NCBI RefSeq assembly: GCF_009914755.1
Contig: NC_060935.1
Direction: 5' to 3' (one strand)
From: the human T2T-CHM13v2.0 reference genome, Homo sapiens
DNA length: 64,000 bases
Part shown: piece after piece, positions 27,511 to 40,990 of the stretch
Numbering within the stretch: position 1 is the first letter of the stretch
Layout: each line of letters opens with the position of its first letter
Notes under the pieces: generated by a model
The model's database searches: none
Told to the model about the DNA's origin: nothing
Seen by the model: only the letters and a program-made list of their open reading frames with translations
Position numbers and translations under genes: made by a program

Positions 27511-30474
27511 TTTCAGGATCTTACAGTGTTTCCAGGTTATCTTTTTCAGCTTTTATTATTACATAATTTGTAGATGTCATAATCACAGGAGAATAAAGCT
27601 GAAATCTGTAGTGATTCATAACACATATTGCTTCTTTCATCTAAAATTTTAATGTCCCCAAATTTTAACTTAATTGACAATTCCAGTTCCTTATGTTTGA
27701 ATAATGGAAATTTTATTTTATTTATGACCTAGAAGTACTGTCACTGTATAAAACTCTAGTGAGGGATTCCCACAATGGATGAAAGGTATTATTCTTTTAA
27801 ACATTATTCTTTTTTTGTTGATATTTAAGGTTTTTGAAATTTTAAATAATAAAACCTTTAAAACTAATTGAAAAGGTACAAAATAAAATTATCATCTGTG
27901 TTCCCACTAATATCAAATGTTAACTTTTTTTTGCTTCAGATTACTTTTTATTAAGGAAACAAAATATTACTGAAAAAAACTTTTGCCAAAGTACGGATGA
28001 CCATAATAAATGTCAAATTCTGTAGCTCACATTATAAGTTGAATTACAGCAATATATGGAGAAACTTTAAAAGGTTATTTAATCATAGAATAGCCATTTA
28101 CCTGTGTGCTTTTATGGTTGCTATGAGACAAGTAGACCAGAATTACAAAGCAAACTCACAATTTTAGAAGACAGAGCCAAGAATGAAAAACAAGCATGAG
28201 AATGAGAAAATGTTTTTGCTTTGAAGTTTGGCTTGAATAGCCACATCATAAGTATAAATGATTGTTCTGGCACTTTGAAGCATTATAAAGAAAATGCAAT
28301 GCAACATACCAATTCTTTAATAGTTTTCAATACTTAAACAGGTTAAGGAATTTCATTTCTTTTGTAGCAGAGATTCAAAAAATGTGTGTTGAATATCCTT
28401 ATAAAGATAAAAAAGCATATAGAACTTGATATAGGACCAGATAATACGGAATAAACCAACAGATCTTGGGTATTTGTTATGGTATAGATGCATGGATTGC
28501 CTTAGTCAAAGGCTTTCCCTGAGAATTTCACTATTCTGAGTATTTGGTAGTTTTACTGTGTCTCCTATAAGGATAAATGCAGGTTCATAGAAATGTCTTA
28601 GATAATCATTATCGATTGTAAAAATGAGGAAAAAATATGAAATATGGAACCCACATTCTGTGCCTATACGATAATAGCCTATAAGTAGGCTATTAGTTGA
28701 GGAATTCATCTATGATAAGCTGTAGCTCCCAACCGTAGCTGAGAGAGAGACTTCTGCTCTCTAGTTACTTCTTGGGAATAACAAATGGTGTCTGTGTAGT
28801 AGGATTTATCAGTGGTATGTTGCAAATGCCCTCGGCTATTCCTATTCCAGAGCCGCTACTTTGCTCTCAAGTCCTCTGAGTGTTACCTGGTTCCTGTAGT
28901 GCTGCAGCATCCTCTTTTTCCCCCATTGCTTCAACATGGTACTTGCTGCTAGAATGAGTTTTTCAAATGCCACTTAAAAAAAAAAAAAAGGCCTCTACCC
29001 TGCATAGGGGTAGGTTCAGAAACCCGTGGAGAGCTCCTCATTCATTAAACTACTTTTTTCAACGTAATATGATCTTACCCTACAATCCTGCCAGAAATTT
29101 ACTTGTTTATTACACTGAGTTCTATTCCACAGAGAATTGGGGGAGCATGTGAGAACATTTATAATAAAATAATGGGTAAATATATTTAGAAATGAGGGAG
29201 GAACCGTGGAAATACTGACATAAAGAGCTGAAGGTTGAGACTAAGGAAGAAATCCCACCTGTACATGCCATGCCTGTAGCAGCTGAGGTTAAGGTTTAGC
29301 TCTGAACTGCTAGATGTGACCTGATTTTCTGCTTCCCCTCCCAGCAGGCTTCTGCTCTAGTGCATGCAGCCTTTCTCCCTGCTCTCCCTCTGTGTTCGAG
29401 ACCATTTTTGTGTGTGTCTACTGACTATCTTTCCATCTACCACTTAGTTTTTAAATTTTGTCTCAAATCCACGTCCTGCCTCTTATGAAGCCCTTGTGGA
29501 ACTCCTTTGACCGCTATAGCAGTTACACTGACTGTGCAGCAATGTGGGGTCTTCATTAAGCATTTTGGTGACAGGAATTATGTTTTAGGCCAGCATTCTC
29601 AAAAAGATTTTAAGCATTTTGAGGAATTTTTACATTTTTAAAAAACTAATCTTTTGGTTTTTCCTTCATTCTCATCATCCTGCAGTGGTTCCTGTGCTCC
29701 CAACTTTCTTCCAGACCCTTGAAAGATCATGTTTCACTCTCCTCCTGAGCCCTTCACAGGCGCTGTGCAGGGCTGAGGTTATAACCTAGCCAATGAAATC
29801 ATGATTGGCTGGCAGATAATTAAGTCTGTCTATCCAGTTGACTCTTACATGTGCAGAAAGCATTTATGAATGAACAACACATTCTTTCAATAATTAGAAC
29901 TTTCCATCGTGGACCTTCTCAAATTATATATGACTCTGTGGATAACTTAGCCAATATGCAAAGAAAAAGAAGACTTCTCAAAAAAGTGTTCCAATTCTGC
30001 ACTTTCTTGCCTCAAAGTATAATTGTAAATCAGTCCCCACCATAATGCCGTTACTCTTGACATTATATTACATATTGTGGTTCAGGAATGAATCTCAAGT
30101 CAGCACGAACCCGGTCCTCTAAAGTATGCTACACGTATAAAATTGGCTGTCTGATCACCCATTGTTGTCATAATTTACACTCAGGATTGTGCTAGTTGAA
30201 TTTGTGAGCAGCAGGCATGGAGCCAGAATTCTCCAGAACACTTTGTGGGGAGGGCGCCGGGAAGAGTGAAGAGCTAACAGGGTAGTATAAAAATCCCCCT
30301 AAAATTAGCAAAGATGAGTTTCTCAGACCTAACAGCAGTATCCTCAATTTGTTAGTATTATCGATAGCTTCTTAATGTCTCCAACCAGAAAACTGAGAGA
30401 CCTGGAAAGCCTGCACATGGATCTGGGAATATGCTGCATTGTCTTATGCTTTATGTAGTAGTCAGAACAGGTGT

Positions 30475-30881
30475 TGCTGTAGTTCGGATATTTGACCCTT
30501 CAATCCTCATGTTGAAATTTGATCGCCCCCGAGTGTTGGAAGTGAGGCCTAGTGGGAGGTGTTTGGGTCTTGGGAGTGGATCCCTCATGAAAGGCTTGGT
30601 GCCATCCTGGTGGTAACGAGTGAATTCTGAGTTCTTGCTCTATTAGTTGTCAAGAGAGCTGGTGAAAAGAGCTGGCACCTCCCTCCCTCTTTCTCTGGCC
30701 TCCTCTCTTACCATGTGATCTCTGCACAAGCTTGATCCCCTTCCCCTCTGGAGGCGGTCTGAGGCTCTCACCAGATGCCCAGTCTTCCAGCCAACAGAAT
30801 TGTGAACCAAATAAACCATTTTTCTTTAGAAGTTACCCAGTCTGAACTATTCCTTTATAGCATCACAAACGGACTAAGACA
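30475..30881 (+). mobile_element. MaLR solo LTR (MSTB-like)
   Basis: tgctgtagttcggatatttg...ctcatgttgaaatttgat...aaacggactaagaca. Confidence 0.85.
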
Positions 30882-31299
30882 TATGATTTCATATCCTTTG
30901 CCATTAATATTTTTAACCTCATTTGTTGGTGTTTTTCTTCATTTGCATTATCCTGTAGTAATGCCCGTGCAATCAGCGTTTTTAAAGACATACCTGAAAT
31001 AATTATCCTACATATATATTATTAATTTGAAAATATGTGAGTACTATTATTAATAGAACTAGTGAAAAATATATTTAAAAAGGGGTTTCTAAATTCATAA
31101 TAGTTTTTGTCATTGTATATGTTCTCAGATAACAAGTACAATTATCATTTGGGATGAGATGGGGATTGACGAATCTATACCATTCTTTTAATGATGAAGG
31201 AAGTTCTTATTTCTAAAAGGTTAATAACCTTGGACTCAGAATTTAGTCCAAGTTTCCTTAGCATGTGTACAACTGGCCCTTACTATTATTCTCACCTAT

Positions 31300-31560
31300 C
31301 CTTCACTGTTGCTCTACTAAACAACCCCTGTTCCTTCCTGCCTCTCCATCTTTCCCTTTGCCCTGTAAGTTCCAACTCATCCTTAAGACTGTTTAGAATC
31401 TTATATGTGAAATCTTCACAGTCCTCTTGATTTATTTTGTGTGTATGTGTATGCTAATATAGTAGCTCTATTAACAGGTATTTTACTCTATAGAAGTCTT
31501 TCATCTACTGACATATAGCAGATGATCAATAAATACTTGCTGAAGAAAGGAAGGAAAAGA
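31300..31560 (+). mobile_element. L2 3' end
   Basis: acatatagcagatgatcaataaatacttgctgaa terminus. Confidence 0.55.
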
Positions 31561-34500
31561 TGAAGTGCACATGACAGTTCATTAACATGTATAGTAGCTT
31601 CTTAATATAGTGATAGTTTAGGATTGATTTGAAGATTATTCATATCATTGACTTGGTAGTGCAGATTTTGGATGGTAAGGGATATTTGGTTAAATTGTCT
31701 TTTGTGGAATGAATTTTGTATTAACTTTATTAAAAATAATTTTATATTAAAACCCAAAGATTTGGGTTCTAGCTCTACTACCGTATTTTTCTACTAATCC
31801 TATAATTTTCTTATCTGTAAAATGTGAAATTCTAACAGATTTTCATTCATTCATGTTTTCATTCATTAAATATGTGCTAGACATTGTTATTGTTAATTTT
31901 TAAATGTTAACCCATAAATAATGATATTGTTCCTTCTCATAATTATGCACCATGTTTGTGTTTTCCTTATAGCAGTTTATTTTCCTTATTTTTTTGGAGG
32001 GAAAAAATTACCTTAAAAAAAAAACTGCACGAAATAAACTGTCTTTCAAATATGTCATCGCCAGAGATTGTAGTCTCAAATATTTATCTTTAAATAATTA
32101 CATATGGATAGGTGATTTAATCTTAGTCCAGCAGCTCAATGATGTATGGAAATTCTTTTTGTCAGTCCCACCGGGGGAGCATTGATTGCTAAACAGAATA
32201 TTGGGGACTGATATGCAAGATTAGGTATTTCTTTTCTCCAGAGAAAGTAATAGAAAATAGAAATTTCATGCAAATGTATGCAGTGGATAGTTAGTTATGA
32301 TTCCCAAGTATTCATCTACCCAAAGTAAATGTCTCCTGTGCAGACAAAATATTTTCTTTGATTTTGTCATGCTGAATGGAAAACTGATTATATTAAATGT
32401 TCCCCTATCGAAGTCCACTTGTAAATGACTGCAGCAAACTGTAAAGAGATGGAATAGAGAATTTCAGCACTTGAAGGTTTTCACTGCACAAGTGAATTTT
32501 ATGAAAATCTAATGATCAGATGTTAATTATGAACTAGTTAATTGGTTTTCTTGATTAAAAAAGAAAGGTGAGAGCATGAGAATAATACACTTTGCATGTT
32601 TTAGCAGTGGAGATAGTAGATTGGCACTTAGTTTTCAGATAACAGGAAGACTAAGAATTAGGTAATAGTGCAATTGAAATACCTTTATGCATTCTCATTG
32701 TCTTTAAGGTGAAGGTGGTAAAGATGTAGGAAATTGATAGTTACTAAAACGTTCATCCTTTCTAATACACTTGAGATGGAGATTCTTCAGCAGAATATTA
32801 AAAGATGTGTTTATACACTTTAAAGTGAGTTATCAGTCTTTTTCCTGATTATAAGCCATTGCTTGTTATGTGCTACAGATCATGACTAATTTTAATGTGT
32901 AATTCGGATGAATTAAATGTGAAAGTAGAAGCCTAAAGTGAATAATGGAGCAGATTTAAGAAAATTATCATGGCATATCTTAGAGCCATTTCTTTAATTT
33001 TTGTAAACACAAACTTAATTCTTCTGTTGCCGAAGTGTCATGGGAAAATAACAAAGTCAATAGAATTCAAAATGCAAAACGTTAAAAATGGTATTTTGCT
33101 CATATGGGCATACTCTTTTGTGTTCTTTTGTAAAATACTTTGTCATAAAAAATTAAAGCCTTCAGTAAAGGACAACTATGTGACTTTTTAATAAAATAGT
33201 TATTATGAAATTTTGAGGGCACTCGGGCATTTTATAACTCATTCTCATTTTTGAAGAGGAAAAACGTCCTTTACTACTGGAAAGAGTATTATAAGTGATT
33301 GCTTTTTTCCCTTTTTTTTAAAACGGAAATTTCTCACATAACCTAGGTAGAAACTTTTGTAGGAAATTGGATTTGTAGTTGGCATTTGCTCTGTTCTATA
33401 TTTTAGATCATAACTACTTTGGACAATTTCAAAATAAAAAGATGGAATTTTAGGCAACTTGTAATTTAAGTTCAGCCAGGTTTGAAATATCTGCTGTGAT
33501 TTATAGAGACAAGCTTTGACCTGGCTAATTAACAAAAGCGCATACTAGGGCCAATCTTACAAATGCTTGGACAGTAAAATTAACTCCGTTTTAAAAGGTG
33601 TAGGTATTCTCTTAAACTCTTCAGGAAACTTTGCCAGAGCATTACATATCATCACTGAATAAGTGATTTTTTTTTTTGCTTGTACTTAAGGTGTGATTTG
33701 TTTCTTCTGAGTTATTAGTTCCCTTGTGTTATATCCAAGTCTCCTTTGGGTATAAACTCAGTCAAAAAAAAAGCTCATTAGTCTCTTATTAAGTGATCTT
33801 TTCCTAAACTCTGAGTGTTATTTCCTAGCAGGTATTAAGGATTCACTAGTTTTCCTTTTGTTGCATATTATATCATGACTAGATCCCAATTTAGTTTTCA
33901 GACCATAAAGGACTTATATTTCTATATTTCAGTAATACATATCAATATTGATTTTAACGTCTTATAAAATTAATACCTTCTCTATATCTTTACTGGGATT
34001 TTTGAAAGATGTAACTAATAATACAAGTTTACTTAATAATATTGTTGTAGCACTAGTCTTTAGTAATTGTCACCAAAAATATTTGAGGAATTTTAACCCA
34101 AAATTCAGTAGTTCTGATTAATACAGAGCTAGTAGCAGAGGAAAGATCACAAGTCCTATTTTAATAGCGTAGATGCCCAGATACCAACCACATATGAGGC
34201 TTCTGTTCCAATTGTCCTGCTTTCAGAAAATTCAGGAAAGTGTTTTCAGACTAATGAAAAGTTATCAGCCTGCTGCCCAGAATACTAAATTGTTTTCTTC
34301 CTTTGTGGTGATAGTTTGTGATTTGAAATAAACCATTTATGCCAAAAAGAAAGTTATATCAACTTCCTCTTTGTGGCAATTCACTATTTACCAAGCAGGA
34401 CTGGAATGTTTGTATACATCGTGCCACCCAAATGTAATCGTTCAGAGGAAGTGACTCAGAACTTTAAGATGCAAATTAATTGAAAGTGACTTTAGTAGGA

Positions 34501-35270
34501 GATCCACTTTGCCGTGACTGTATTATCCATCTTAGATCATAGGCGTAAGAATTGTTACTTACATACATCTACTATGAATTGTTATAGAGCAATTCTTGTT
34601 AGTTATTTATATATTCTAAAGAGTACTGACAATGGACACCGATACATTTAAAAGCAAAACAAATGAACAAGCATGCTTGTGAATCCAACGTGGCAGATCT
34701 CTGTAGCCCCTTAATGGTATTTAGAACTGGTGATTTTTTTAAAGCATTAGTCCTTCACATATTTTTTTTTTTTCTTCCTGCCAATGCGTGTTTTAACTGT
34801 ACTCTCTAGGCTTATTGTGGAAGGAATTGGTTTAGGCACATTTTCTGTGATGTGTTATTGTGAGTGATAATAAATGCATATACTGGTATCTGTTTAGTTG
34901 CCAGTCTCCTTTAGCTCAGGATGCTAACCCATACATGTTTTAGATTTGGAAGTTGTCTGATTGGTACTGTATTATAAAACAATCTAGAGTTTATTGTAGC
35001 AAGAGCATTCCTGGTTTTTAGCAGAATATTCACTGAGTTCTGTTTGAAATCATAATCATTCTGTAACTGATACATATTTAGAGGAATTCAAGCCAGTTTG
35101 GTATTATACATCTGTCCTCATATCTTAGTTGCTTCTCTGATAGGAAGGAAAGGTAATTTTTATTGAGTGCCTTCCTTGTACTGAATGCTTGGTACACATA
35201 TAATCCTTACATGATAGTGACATTGTCTGGCCTTGACTAGAAGACTAAGAAACTAAGTGTTTCAGTTGAC

Positions 35271-37250
35271 TGGGGGGAAGAAAAATCCCTGTAGAGAAAT
35301 AGGATCCAAAAGAGAAAAAGTAGAAAGACTTTTTTTTTTTTAAGAAAAAAATGATAATCCAAATATCAGCTTTTAATTAAGCTGACTTTTGACCATAGAG
35401 CTCTTTCAAAAACTTTTTAAAAAATTTCTTATTACACTTTAGCTGAGAGAAACAGCTAACATTCCTGGCTTTTTAACTTCTTTAAACTGAAGGTACCTTC
35501 CAAGTGACTCAACACCAAAAACAATAAACCTTTTATGACTTAACCAAGGAAGCACAAATTATCTCCAAAGAGGCGGAAAGCAGGCCTTACAAGATCCAGG
35601 ACCACCCCCAAAGACAGTTCAAAGAAAGCAAAGTTTGACTAGCTGCAAGCAGGGGACAACCCATGTTTTTGCTTGGCAATATTCTCTAGGGTCTCAGCTT
35701 CCCAGCTGACTCTCCACACAAAGGCCTGACAACTGTGTGCCCCATGGATGGATGATTAAAGGAGACAGTGAGATAGGAAATCAAAAGCTGTCCATGGAAG
35801 GGAAAAAGATCAATAACAAATGGGTACCCAAAAAGTTGAGTCACACAAATATCAAACCCATTTTAAAAATAAATGTTTCTTTTTTCTTTCCCCTTTTGTG
35901 TTAAAGGATTTACGTCTCCAAGGGACTAGTTCCTTGGCAGGGAATCAAACTTCTAGGCCGCCAAGGTGAGAGTGTGGAATTTTAACTGCTAGACTACAAG
36001 ATGGAGTGGCGTTCTTTGCAAATCCCGCAGGGGACCCGAGGCAGGTAGTTTGAACGTACAAAGGATTTTAACTTTGTTTTAAATCTGATTTCTGCTTTTT
36101 TTTTTTAAGAGACAGTCTAAGGCTAGCCATGACACTAATATATGTCTTTCTTTCAGTTTGATCCTCCCATAAATACAAATAAGGCAACTGCTGATAATGT
36201 GAGTTCTCCGGAGTCTTTTTCAAATACAGAAGTCTTTTTAATTCAAAGGAACCATCTTCCAGCCACTGACAATTAGGATTTCCAGTGGTGTATTATTCTA
36301 GTATCAACTCAATCCAATAAGCCTCTTCATGGAAAGCCCATGAAGTAATTTTCTAGGTTTCGAATAAAATTTTACCGTATAAGCAAAAGCTGTTCCTAGA
36401 GAGGGTATAGAAGAGATAGTTCCCATGATCCTCCAAAAAGTTCACTCCCCGAAATAGGCTAAGAAAGAAAAAAACTCTTGTTGCCACAGAAGTCAAGGAT
36501 AACATTTGTACATACAGTGCCTCCAGTATCCCACAAATTTGTGAGGGGGCTGCCCATCACAGACCCATTAATCCATGACACTGGGTAGGCCCACCTAGGA
36601 TTGGACTTTCCCAGGACTAACCAGACAAAAAGAATCGAGCCTTTTTGTCTGGACTAACCAGACAAAAAGAATGACAAAAGCCCGCTATGGATGGGACTTA
36701 AGACAAACTCTCCTGAGGTCTTGGCATATTCAGAACAAAGAGTAGGCTGCTTAATATGTTACATGTCTCGGAGTTCCCAGTCTTTTCAGGCTGGCCACCA
36801 GACATGACCGAAAAATCATGTCCCCTAGAGGGTGGAAACCAAGAGCAGGTATTCCTGTTTGGTCACAAAGCAAGCTCTCAAGGATGTAAAATAAGATGAG
36901 AGGGACGCTTTATAACAAATGACACAGAAAGACAGAGACAGCTGAAAAGCTATTTGTGGGAGGAAAAGGATCAGACAATATGAATATTCATGTTGAAAAT
37001 ACACCAGAATTTCTACACCCAAGTCAAGTCATACCAATAATTTTCTCCCATTAATCAAAATTTTGGAGAAAAAAAAAAAAAAAACAAGCGAGATTTCTAC
37101 CATCCACTCAACCAGATTCCATATACAGAGACTGGGAGCCTGACTGGTAAGAAATACTTACACTCTTGCTAGCTTGTCAGGCTCTAGGTTCACTTGAATG
37201 TGGCGTCCAGAAGAGCAGAGGGGCTTTGGTATCCTGCTCACGGTGTCAAA
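35271..37250 (-). mobile_element. ERV1 (MER4-group) internal-sequence fragment
   Basis: atatcagcttttaattaagctgacttttgaccatagagctc and other MER4-group internal motifs; PBS-like segment (rc ttttgacaccgtgagcaggatac) abutting an LTR at ~37251. Confidence 0.75.
35927..36005 (-). pseudogene. Decayed tRNA-Glu(CTC)-derived sequence within the ERV internal region
   Basis: Roughly 70% identical by hand alignment over the full length to the reverse complement of tRNA-Glu(CTC); anticodon read as GAG at 35968-35970 on +. Confidence 0.75.
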
Positions 37251-37395
37251 AGAGTAGGGGCAAATAGAGAACTTCCCCTTTGCCTTCTGAAGGTTTGTTG
37301 AAAGTCAGCTGACAAAAGGTAGATTAATAGAAGAAATGGCATGCCAGTTTATTAATGTACACACATTTGCATGGGAGTCATACAAAATATGAACT
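37251..37395 (-). mobile_element. Truncated ERV1 LTR (U5/R side; MER101-like, family uncertain)
   Basis: gaacttcccctttgccttctgaaggtttgttgaaagtcagctgacaaaaggtagattaatag...tttattaa. Confidence 0.6.
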
Positions 37396-38057
37396 GTGTG
37401 TGTTAATCTCTTCAAGCAAGCCACCAGAAATCCTAGTATTTTCAAATGTGCATTGAACACAAGAAAGTTCAGAATTTCAGCTGCAACTTCGTGTCTCTGC
37501 GTTATCTCTCAATCTCTATTTTATTCTCACTTTCTCACTTTTCAACTGCCTGTAGTTTCTGATCATATAAATGCACTGGTCTATATCAATCCCTTTTCTC
37601 TGCAGTAGTTCTGGAACTATCTTTATTGGGTTTTTTTTTTCTCCTCCCCCCAACCCCCCGTGTTAAGTTATAAATTACTTTGATTTTTCCAAGTGGCATT
37701 TCTTAACATTATAATCCTGGGATGAAATTTATGATGCCTGAAGACAGATTTTAAAACCAATTACAGAGATCTCAAGAGTGTATTGAATATGCTTGTTCCC
37801 ATACTTTTGCATTTCAAAATAAACAGGAAAAGAGGGAGATATATGGTGTTGCCACCTGTTTATATTTTCACATTAGAAACACTTCAAAGCATGCACAGCT
37901 ACCTTTTTTTTTTTTTGTAAAAAGAAAATAAAATAGAAAAAGATAATAGAATACAAGGAAGTGCTTTCATATGATAGTTGGTACCTTTGTGTCACCATAA
38001 AGACATGCACAGCAATATTAGAATTATTTTGTCATCCTAAACTTTACCTTTACCTGG

Positions 38058-38747
38058 TGATACAGTTTGAATATATGTCCCCACCACATCTCATATTGAA
38101 TTGTAATCCCCAATGTTGGAGGTGGGGGCAGATGGGAGGTGTTTGGGTCACAGGGGCAGATTCCTCATGGCTTGGTGCTGTCCTCGCAATAGTGAGTGAG
38201 TTCTCATGAGACCTGGCTGTTTAAAAATGTGTAGTACCGTGTCAGGTGCTGTGGCTGACGCCTGTAATCCCAGCACTTTGGAAGGCTGAGATGGGTTGAT
38301 CACCTAAGGTCAGGAGTTCGAGAGCAGCCTGACCAACATGGTGAAACCTCATCTCTACTAAATACAAAAAATTAGCTGGGCATGGTGGCACATGCCTGTA
38401 ATCCCAGCTACTTGGGAGGCTGAGGCAAGAGAATCGCTTGACCCAGGAGGCGGAGGTTGCAGTGAGCTTAAAATGCGTCACTGCACTCCAGCCTGGACAG
38501 CAAGAGCAAAACTCTGTCTCAAAAAAAAAAAAAGTGTGGTTCTTCCGTCCTCCCCTCGCTCCTGTTCTTGCCATGTGAGACACTGGCTCTCCCTTTGCCT
38601 TCCACTGCGATTGTAAGCTTCCTGAGACCTCACTAGTGTGATGCTTCTTGTATAGCCTGCAGAATTGTGAGCCAATTAAACCTCTTTTCTTATAAATTAC
38701 CTGGTCTCAGGTATTTCTTTATAGCAATACAAGAATGGTCTAATACA
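38058..38747 (+). mobile_element. MaLR solo LTR (MSTA/B-like), interrupted by an Alu
   Basis: TG...CA ends; perfect 5-bp TSD CCTGG. Confidence 0.9.
38240..38533 (+). mobile_element. AluSq/Sp-like element nested in the MST LTR
   Basis: Full dimer with A tail; degenerate TSD aaaa(a/g)tgtg. Confidence 0.93.
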
Positions 38748-39299
38748 CCTGGCTAAAATAATGGCTTCCTACTACAGATATTTTGACTACTGAGAAATCC
38801 AAAGATATATCAGCTCAGAATTCCACGTCCAGTCCACCTTTCTAAAATACTTAAAGTCCTCTGCTTTCCTTCTGCTAACACAAACAATGGCTACTGCTGT
38901 CACTGACTGAGTGCCTGCATTAGCCAAGCTTAGTATAAGACACTTTATTTTCTCATTAGGCTTTAGAGTCATTAGTTAGTTATTAATACCATTTTATTCC
39001 AGATAATGAATCTCTGGTACAGTGAGGTTGATTTACCTAAAGTTGCACAACCGGAATGGTGGACCCAAGATTTAGCAGAAGTAACTACCACTGCCCTGTA
39101 TATTCTTCCCATACATGCCCAAGTTTGCCCCATACAGTCATCAGGTTAGCAGTGGAATTGTACCTGGTTGGGAGACTCTGTGGGAGTTAATAATCCTGCT
39201 TCCCAAGCTGTATCCTCTGGCAAGGGACTGTCTCTGCTCGAAAGAAGGGTGACTTGGTACCTTTACTAGTTATGTTTCCAGTATCTACCTTGTATGTGC

Positions 39300-39710
39300 C
39301 TACACAGTTCATGTCTTGTGTCTTCGTTTACGCTGTACCATCACCTAATTGCCCTCCTCATCACCTCTACATGTTCCATTCCTCATTTACCCTGAGCGTA
39401 AGTGAAATGGCATCTCCTTCATGAAGTCTTTCTTAATATCTGCCACCACCACCACCTTGTCCCAGTACCAGATCTAGCCTTCTGTTGGCCTAGCCTCCCT
39501 AGCATTGTAATTATGTCATTTCCCCTGTAGAACATATATCACTGCCTCCTTCGTTTTAGAATAATACATGCCCCTGTGTTATTGACTGTTTTTGTCTGGA
39601 AGCACTTTTAGAGCATGGAACATATTTGGTTTTTCTTTGTATTCCCCAAAGTCCCTTACCATGCGTACATCATGCATAGTAAGCACTCAGTAAATACTTG
39701 TTGCGTGAAT
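39300..39710 (+). mobile_element. L2 3' end
   Basis: gcatagtaagcactcagtaaatacttgttgcgtgaat terminus. Confidence 0.7.
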
Positions 39711-40819
39711 TTTTTGCACAAGCTAATCGTAGTCCTAGATTTCTAAACCAAGTGAGACAATAAGCCCATTGTTCTTTCTAAGATTTATGTTAAAAGATAT
39801 TTGTGTGATTTAAAGTTTAGCTTCCATATGTGTAGCTAACTTTTCATTATAGAATTTATTACCAAGTCTAAAACTGTGAGCAGTATATATGAGCCTACGT
39901 ACGTCTTCTGAGACATTTTACCCTGCATCCTAGAGTACAGATTTTTTAGTTTTGTGAACATTCTGGGGTTATGTTGGAATGCGTCTATAAATAAAGACTT
40001 CAGAAAGCATCCCTTTGCTCCAAATAAACTGCAAGCTCATAAACATGCTGTAGTCTTAAATATTTTACTTGCTAATAAGCAACTTCTCTATAAGAAATTT
40101 TTCCTCTGTGGCTCTTTTCAGAATTATAAACAAGAGGAAAGATAGGCCAGCCAGCACAAATATCTGAAAGGCACAAATATTTCATTAGGAATAACCAAAA
40201 TGTTTTACCACCTATCTAGGGATTTTGATATCTAGGGTATTAAAAAAAGTCATTATGGAAATGTATTAAATATCTTAAAATATACTAGGTAATGTTGGAT
40301 TCTGAAAGAACTAGAGCAAAACTGTCTGTGGGCATTTATGAAATAATGATCTTAAGCAGCCAGTAGAACTTGTGGATAACTTCATTAATATTTGACAGAA
40401 TAATGAAAGGACTGTATTGTTCTTTGTGTAGAAAGATGATACTCAGACATAAAATCAGATTTTCTTAGTGTCAGATTTCTTAGTCTGTCCTAATTCTTCT
40501 CTTAAGTTCTGTTACTCACATGACCAGTTTTCATGAGACTCGTGTCAGGAATAGAGTCTCTAACAAAGAATTTACTGGGGGTTGATTGACACACAGGGCT
40601 CTAACTCATGAAATGTTTCTTTTGAGGCCACAGAATATATCTAAACAGCAGCATAAATCAAGAGTTCAAGGTGTGCAGTAATGCTTGTGGCCAGAGGCTT
40701 AGGGCACAAAACTTCATGCCTACAAGCTATGTTTGAGCATTAACAATAACTGGACCCAGAATCCTGAGCTAACATACCTTTGGATTTCTTAAGAGTGAAG
40801 TTGGTTCTTCATGACATAA

Positions 40820-40990
40820 TGAGAAGAGGGTGGACTTTGGAGTCAAACGTACTGGGATTTCTTCCCAGCTCTATAAACTATGTCATTGAGAAAGTTATTT
40901 GGCCCCTTTAAATCTCAGTTTTCAAATCTGAATTTATGTAATGGGAATATTAACACTTTCTATGGTTGTAGCCTTTACCCTGTTGTAAGC
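40820..40990 (+). mobile_element. MIR SINE
   Basis: tggactttggagtcaaa...tctcagttttcaaatctg. Confidence 0.65.

Noticed and set aside
28672-28695. Perfect 10-bp hairpin TAATAGCCTA-taag-TAGGCTATTA (similar one at 17268-17302)
   Set aside because: Roughly one such AT-rich stem is expected by chance in 64 kb; no supporting context.
35927-36005. Functional tRNA gene
   Set aside because: Stems and the B box are disrupted by many substitutions and small insertions; treated as a relic.
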